From Chloroflexota bacterium (GTDB lineage: Bacteria > Chloroflexota > UBA11872), in assembly GCA_022821905.1 (NCBI GenBank), contig JAJECS010000024.1:320682-384681 (forward strand): DNA of 64,000 nucleotides, given 5' to 3'. The notes beneath the pieces were generated by a model, which was given only the letters and a program-made list of their open reading frames with translations, was not told the DNA's origin and did not search any database. The stretch's first letter is position 1; each line of letters begins with the position of its first letter. The position numbers were made by a program, and so were the translations under genes. Below are positions 58,597 through 64,000 of the stretch, in pieces.

Positions 58597-59517
58597 ATGA
58601 CCAAACACGCATTCACCTACAGCCTGGTGGTCAATGAGGTCAGCGACGACCTCGACAAGTCCATGTCGTTTGCCCGGACACACGGAATGTCGGCCCTGGA
58701 GCTGGACACGGTGTGGGGCGTGCCAATCGAGACGGCAGACGCCAACGACCACGCGCGGGTGCGCGACGCCCTGCAAGGCGTGGGGCTGGAAGCGTGCATG
58801 GTGCTCTCACCCGCCTTCAAGGCCCTGCGGCTGGCGGACGCCGACCCCGACGACATCGAGTCGCTGCCCGGCTGGCGCGCGCATTTGGCCGAGCTCGAAG
58901 CGGCGATGGGTTTCGCCGCGGCCATCGGCTGTCCGCGGGTGCGGCTCTTCACGGGCCGGCGCGACGTGGGCGGCGACAACCCCAGCCCCCGTCTTGCCGA
59001 CGGCGGCGGCCTGCCCGCCGCGCGCCTGGCCGCGATCCGGGCAATCTTGCTCGACGCCGCCCGTCGGGCCGAAGACCTGGGGCTCACCCTGTGCGTGGAG
59101 AACGTGCGCAGCTGTTTCGGCAACACCGGCGTCAACACGGCGGCGATTCTGGCGGCGGTCGACCACCCGAACGTGCGCGCCATCTGGGACCCGGCCAATG
59201 ACTTTGTCTCCGGCGGCGACGACTTCCGCGCAGGCTTCGAAGCGGTCAAGCCCTGGATGGTCCACGTCCACGCCAAGGACGCCACCGAGGTCGATGCCGT
59301 CACAGGGCTCACGGCGTGGACGGCCATCGGCCAGGGTGACCTGGACTGGCCGGCGCAGATACGCGCCTTGATCGACGACGGCTACAGCGGCCACATCAGC
59401 CTGGAAACCCACTGGCATCCGGAAGGCCGCAGCCGGGCGCAGAACTCCCACGACTCGTTCATGGGCCTGCGCCAGGCGGTTCAGGCGGCGGCAGCCCTCG
59501 GTTCCGGCGAGGGGTGA
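58597..59517 (+). CDS. sugar phosphate isomerase/epimerase (xylose-isomerase-like TIM barrel)
   Basis: The protein contains ...LCVENV...VHVHAKD...GHISLE, typical of AP-endonuclease-2/xylose-isomerase TIM barrels. Confidence 0.5.
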   Translation: MTKHAFTYSLVVNEVSDDLDKSMSFARTHGMSALELDTVWGVPIETADANDHARVRDALQGVGLEACMVLSPAFKALRLADADPDDIESLPGWRAHLAELEAAMGFAAAIGCPRVRLFTGRRDVGGDNPSPRLADGGGLPAARLAAIRAILLDAARRAEDLGLTLCVENVRSCFGNTGVNTAAILAAVDHPNVRAIWDPANDFVSGGDDFRAGFEAVKPWMVHVHAKDATEVDAVTGLTAWTAIGQGDLDWPAQIRALIDDGYSGHISLETHWHPEGRSRAQNSHDSFMGLRQAVQAAAALGSGEG

Positions 59518-59885
59518 CCGGGAATTGCGTCGCACGCAAGTCCGATAACGTTGGATAATGGCCCCGGCGCGTCGCCGCAGTCCGGCGAACCCGACCGCGC
59601 GGAACGACCCGAGGGGGACATGGCCGAGGAACGCCAGCAAATCCTCATCCTGCATTCGAACAATCTCAACCTCACGGCATCGGTCGTGGCTTGGGCGCTG
59701 TTCGACGGTGCGCAGCCCATCGACGACCAGATGAAGACCGGCGACGCCGACGAACCGCCCTACGCCAGCGTGGTGGACGCCATGCGCGACGGCTGGCGCG
59801 TCATCCAGCTTCCCCAACCGCCCAACGAGCTCGATCCCGGTTACCTGGACCACGAATTCGTGCTGGAGAGGATGGTGCCCGCCCC

Positions 59886-60701
59886 ATGACTACCGCCGCC
59901 CCGCCCGCCGAGACCGCCGCCCGACTGGATATGCACCAGATGGCCCAGTTCGTCATGGACGGTTTCATTGAGTTTGACGACCTGGTGCCGGAGGACCTCA
60001 ACGCCGCGGTCCACGAGGAACAGCTCCGCGCGCCCACCGACGCCCGCTGGGAGCCCAAGATTCCCGACGCCTTCCTGGACACCTCGCCCGCCACGCAGGC
60101 CGTGCTCGAGCTGCCGCGCTTCAAGGCGATCCTGGCCAGCCTGCTCGGCCCGTCCTACATCCACGACCACTCGTACTTGCACATCACGCCCGCGGGCCAG
60201 CGAAGCGCCCAGTCCTGGCACGTCGATCACGACCGCGCCGGGCGGCGGCTCACGCGAGACGACTTCTACCGCTTCAACATTCTGATCGCCTACTTCACCC
60301 ACGACGTGCCGCGCGAGATGGGGCCCACGCTGATCCTGCCCGGGTCGCACCTGCGCCAGGTGGGGCACGACATCGCGCGCTACCGCAACATCGCCGGACA
60401 GAAGCACCTCTCCGGTCCGGGCGGGCGCATCGCCTTCATCCACGACGCCGTCTGGCATTGCGCCCAACCGAACCTCACCGACCGGCCGCGCTTCATGTTC
60501 AAGGTGCGCTACCACCCCGCCGAGCCCCAGCGCGGACACTTCGACGCCACGGGCTGGGACAGCCTGGACATGTGGCGCCTGTTCCGCGACAACGTGAACC
60601 GTCACGCCTGGCAGGGCTCCGCCAGCGACCGCGTCGCCGCCCTGCGGGACGATTGGTGGCGCTACCTCTGCGGGGCCGAGGCCGAGAATGTAGCGGCGTA
60701 G
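59886..60701 (+). CDS. phytanoyl-CoA dioxygenase family protein
   Basis: The motifs WHVDHD...LPGSH...WHCAQPN match the PhyH family. The start was chosen at the ATG 59886 (MTTAAPP...). Confidence 0.5.
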   Translation: MTTAAPPAETAARLDMHQMAQFVMDGFIEFDDLVPEDLNAAVHEEQLRAPTDARWEPKIPDAFLDTSPATQAVLELPRFKAILASLLGPSYIHDHSYLHITPAGQRSAQSWHVDHDRAGRRLTRDDFYRFNILIAYFTHDVPREMGPTLILPGSHLRQVGHDIARYRNIAGQKHLSGPGGRIAFIHDAVWHCAQPNLTDRPRFMFKVRYHPAEPQRGHFDATGWDSLDMWRLFRDNVNRHAWQGSASDRVAALRDDWWRYLCGAEAENVAA

Positions 60702-60945
60702 CCGCCCAGGTCAACGCGTCGTGTGCCGCTCCCGCAGCCGCGCGACGACGTCAGCGGCAGGCTGAACCTCGCCCGCGGCAATCTGGCGGTCGCCGAGAGC
60801 CAGGATCTTCAGCAGGACCAGGGTCTGCTCACTGCTTGACGGCTTGATCTGCCTGGACCGCTTCACGGGCGACCTCCTTCTACACCAGATAGCGACCACA
60901 TATAGATTTTCAACGAGCCCTTGCCGAGAACGGTCCTGTGCAGGC

Positions 60946-61368
60946 TCACGTCTCCAAGGCCTCACGAAAGGGATTGATCACTCGCAGGCCGTCGTAATCC
61001 TGGTCGGGGTTGAAGTCTTCGGAATACACCGCATCGCACCCGGCGGCGCGCGCCGCGGCGAGGATCGCGCCGTCCCAATAGGACAGCTGAAACCGTTGGC
61101 TGATGGCAACGGCGGCACGAAACACCTGTAAGGTCATGGGCTGAATCGGAAGCGTGAGAACAGACTCCAGAAACTGCATCGCCTGTCCGTGAGTCAGCCA
61201 CCCTGGCCGCGTCGGCCGCGTGGCCTGATGATAGAACTCTTGCAGCACCTGCACCGACACGGCAAGGTCAGGCTGGGTCAGGAGTTGTCGCGCCCGACGG
61301 TGCTTGTCAGGCTCGATGATCGCTCGGCTCGCCGCGTAGATCAGCACGTTGGTGTCGACGAGGCGCAC
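60946..61368 (-). CDS. vapC: PIN-domain toxin
   Basis: The protein contains MRLVDTNVLIYA...YSEDFN; the acidic PIN residues D5, E and D are present. Confidence 0.65.
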   Translation of the reverse strand: MRLVDTNVLIYAASRAIIEPDKHRRARQLLTQPDLAVSVQVLQEFYHQATRPTRPGWLTHGQAMQFLESVLTLPIQPMTLQVFRAAVAISQRFQLSYWDGAILAAARAAGCDAVYSEDFNPDQDYDGLRVINPFREALET

Positions 61369-61373
61369 AACGA

Positions 61374-61724
61374 TTACTCGCCCGTCTGCGCCGACCGCTC
61401 CGCCGCTGATTCGGCGATCTCCGCTCTGGCCCGAGCTCGGTCGTACAGCTCCTCCCGCGGCAAGTTGTGCCGCGGGTCCAGGCCCACGCCTCGTTTGTCG
61501 AAGTCGGCAAATACCTCGCGAAGCTGGCGGCGCCGGAGCTGCAGCGGCGCCTCGGCTTCTACGCCTATATCCGGACCGGCGCTTGGCGGGGCGCTCTCGC
61601 CGCCCGCCTCCAGGCTCCTGAGGAAGTTGCGCACCAGCGCCGAAACCGACGTGTCCAGCTCCGCCGCGCGGATGCGGGCGCGCCGGTAGGTGCCTTCGTC
61701 CACGGAGACGGTGATGTTCTTCAT
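61374..61724 (-). CDS. vapB: antitoxin (RHH/CopG-type) partner of VapC
   Basis: The protein starts MKNITVSVDEGTYRRARIRAAELDTSVSALV. It ends 5 nt before vapC. Confidence 0.5.
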   Translation of the reverse strand: MKNITVSVDEGTYRRARIRAAELDTSVSALVRNFLRSLEAGGESAPPSAGPDIGVEAEAPLQLRRRQLREVFADFDKRGVGLDPRHNLPREELYDRARARAEIAESAAERSAQTGE

Positions 61725-62148
61725 CGTCACAGTTTCACATATTCTGTGATTCACAGCACGGCGGCCCACGTCCTCAATCGGACCACCCGCTGAACTTCGG
61801 GCTCCCCGCCCCAACGGCGCAATCGCACAGATCGGTGTCGACGAAGGTCAGCAGTTGGGAAGTCCCGCCGCGCGCGACGCTTCAATCGTGTGCAAGTGCT
61901 CGTCCCAATCGGGTTCCGTACCGGCATTGCGGCGGGTGTCGCACTCGTCGAAGAACCTCCGAAGGTCCTCCGGGGATTTGAACGGTCCCGCCCGTTGTAC
62001 AGACCGGTCGCGGTCGTCCTCAGGGATGCTCGACTGAACTCTGGACATCGGGACTCTCGGCCTGCGGCTAGCAGGGTGTACGCGCGATACACATTACTTG
62101 CCCGTTCGACCAGGTGTGCCCGGCATCCCACGTCGCTAGGGTTGCCTC

Positions 62149-62790
62149 ATGAGTGACGAACTGCCCGCCGACCTGACGTTTCGGCCGGTTGAGGTCTCGA
62201 CGTGGGCAGATTTCGAGCGGCTGTTCGAGTCGCGGGGCGGGCCGTCGTATTGCTGGTGCATGCCGTATCGGGCGACGGCCGAAGAGAACCGGCGGCTCGA
62301 TAGAACAACTCGGAAAGAAGGGATGCGGGCGCGGGTGACGGCGGGCGTGCCGGTGGGAATCCTGGCCTACGCCGGCGGCGAGCCCGTCGGCTGGTGCTCG
62401 ATCGCGCCGCGCCCCACGTTCCCCCGGCCCAAGACATCGGCGGTCCCGGGCGCCGCCAACGCCGACGATCCGTCGGTCTGGTCGCTCACGTGCTTCTACG
62501 TGCCGCGGCGGTTGCGCGGATTCGGCCTGGCGCCGCGCCTGCTGCGGGCCGCCCTGGACTATGCCCGCGAGCAGGGCGCGGCGGCGGTGGAGGCCTATCC
62601 CGTTGATCCCGACTCGCCGAGCTACCGCTTTGGCGGGCTGCGGCCGATGTTCCAAGCCGCGGGCGCGCGCGAGCTGGGACCTCTGGGGCGCCGTCGGCAC
62701 GTGGTGCGGATCGATTTCACGGGCGAATCTCCCTCACCCCGACCCTCTCCCGCGGTGGGGAGAGGGGGTTCCGACGACCCGCTCGACTGA
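62149..62790 (+). CDS. GNAT family N-acetyltransferase
   Basis: The protein contains ...GGPSYCWCMPYR...FYVPRRLRGFGLAPRLL (acetyl-CoA binding R/QxxGxG/A). Confidence 0.55.
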   Translation: MSDELPADLTFRPVEVSTWADFERLFESRGGPSYCWCMPYRATAEENRRLDRTTRKEGMRARVTAGVPVGILAYAGGEPVGWCSIAPRPTFPRPKTSAVPGAANADDPSVWSLTCFYVPRRLRGFGLAPRLLRAALDYAREQGAAAVEAYPVDPDSPSYRFGGLRPMFQAAGARELGPLGRRRHVVRIDFTGESPSPRPSPAVGRGGSDDPLD

Positions 62791-62956
62791 GGCCCGACTA
62801 CCCACGGTGAGAGGGCGGCCCGGGCCACCGGACTCTTGCCCGCGGTGCCATGGAGCCGGGTTCGGTCCCTTCTCCCCTGGTGGGAGAAGGTGCGGATGAG
62901 GGGGAATCACGCCGAGACTCATGTGACCATCCTCGTATGCGAGCCTATCCGCCGAT

Positions 62957-63850
62957 ATGGGATATCTCGTAGCGGCCGTGGCGCTGGCGGTGTCGTTTGG
63001 GCTGATTCAGCGTGCGGCCCAGCGGCGGCGCGGGCACTACTTCTATGTGACCGGCACAAACTACGCCGTCGCCGCGCTCGTGGCGCTGGCGTGGGTGGCT
63101 GTACGGAGCGACTGGCAGGCGTCGGCGCTGACCTATTGGGTGGGTGCGCTCAACGGCGTGGGATTCGCCGTGCTCATCATCTTGCAGTACTTCATGCTTG
63201 GTCAGCGTGGGGTGGGCGTCACCTTTGCTCTCGGTTCGCTGGCACTGCTGGCGCCGATCACGGTTTCTCTGGTGGTGTTTGGCGAGCCCGCCGACCTCGT
63301 CACGCTCGTCGGCATCGCCCTGCTCGTGGTCGCGGCGCCGCTAATCGCCTACCGCCGCATGCCCATGCTGCCGGCGGTGCGGGTGGGCCTCTATTGGGCC
63401 GTGGTCGCCGGCCTGCTGGGATTCACCGCCGGCACGCTGATCTCGTGGAAGGTCATCAACGAGGTCACGCCCGCCGCCGATCGCGGAGCGTTCGTGCTGG
63501 CAACGTTTGCCGGCGCGACCGTGATCGCGGGACTAACGCTCGCCATCCGGCGCTGGAGCGAGGGTCCGGGTCCGCCGGTGCGTCGGGAGGGCCACGCCGG
63601 TGCGCTGGCGTGGATCCCGCTGCCGGTCGTGATGGGCGTGGGCCTGGGTCTGTGCAACGTGGTGCAGCTGTGGCTGTTCCTGGCCGCGCTGCGCGAGGTG
63701 CCGGGGGCGGTGGCCTTTCCGGTGCACAGTGCGGGCACGGTGCTCCTCATCACCCTGGCCGGCTGGATCGTCTGGCGCGAGCGACACGGGCCGGTCACGT
63801 TGGTCGGCATCGCGGCGGCGCTGGCTGGGTTGGTGCTGGTCAATCTGTGA
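62957..63850 (+). CDS. DMT/EamA-like integral membrane protein
   Basis: 297 aa with about 10 hydrophobic helices and two internally similar halves. Confidence 0.4.
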   Translation: MGYLVAAVALAVSFGLIQRAAQRRRGHYFYVTGTNYAVAALVALAWVAVRSDWQASALTYWVGALNGVGFAVLIILQYFMLGQRGVGVTFALGSLALLAPITVSLVVFGEPADLVTLVGIALLVVAAPLIAYRRMPMLPAVRVGLYWAVVAGLLGFTAGTLISWKVINEVTPAADRGAFVLATFAGATVIAGLTLAIRRWSEGPGPPVRREGHAGALAWIPLPVVMGVGLGLCNVVQLWLFLAALREVPGAVAFPVHSAGTVLLITLAGWIVWRERHGPVTLVGIAAALAGLVLVNL

Positions 63851-64000
63851 GCCGCCCGGACCCCTCACCCCAACCCTTGTATGTGCCAGGGCGGGTATGT
63901 TCCGAGGACTCTCGGAATGTCCGAGGGCATAGCCCGGGCCGGGACAGACCGATTGACCCTGGGGCCCTTGCGAGCCCGTGGGAGAGCGGGGTCGTCCCGG

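Overview
The window divides into two parts by composition. Positions 1 to about 8400 are visibly AT-richer (roughly 50% GC by eye) than the rest, which is about 70% GC throughout. The AT-richer block is the cargo of an integrated element. That element reaches, through a truncated transposase remnant, an HTH regulator and a tyrosine integrase, to a tRNA-Leu(GAG) gene at 10963-11046. The cargo is a DNA-modification-linked defence cluster: the 3' end of a C5-cytosine methyltransferase (dcm, cut by the window edge), a MORC/MutL-like GHKL ATPase, a Z1-domain P-loop NTPase, a PD-(D/E)XK nuclease-fold protein and an Fe-S HhH-GPD glycosylase. The glycosylase sits where Vsr is usually found next to dcm. 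A second two-gene cassette follows (ParB-like plus HTH protein, translationally coupled to an uncharacterised 309-aa protein). The rest is ordinary high-GC chromosome (phylum not determinable from sequence; Chloroflexota is one possibility). It carries ppdK, dnaG, trxA, mobA, folC, comM/yifB and a glycosyltransferase/ribokinase operon. It also carries several MFS transporters, three phytanoyl-CoA-dioxygenase paralogues, two PmoA-like paralogues and three toxin-antitoxin pairs (DUF4258/DUF2283, HicAB, VapBC). An IS30-family element with a frameshifted transposase lies between two paralogous PD40/Pro-Thr-rich lipoproteins. Several families of short hairpin-forming dispersed repeats are present; they create spurious N-terminal ORF extensions. 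No CRISPR array or rRNA was seen.
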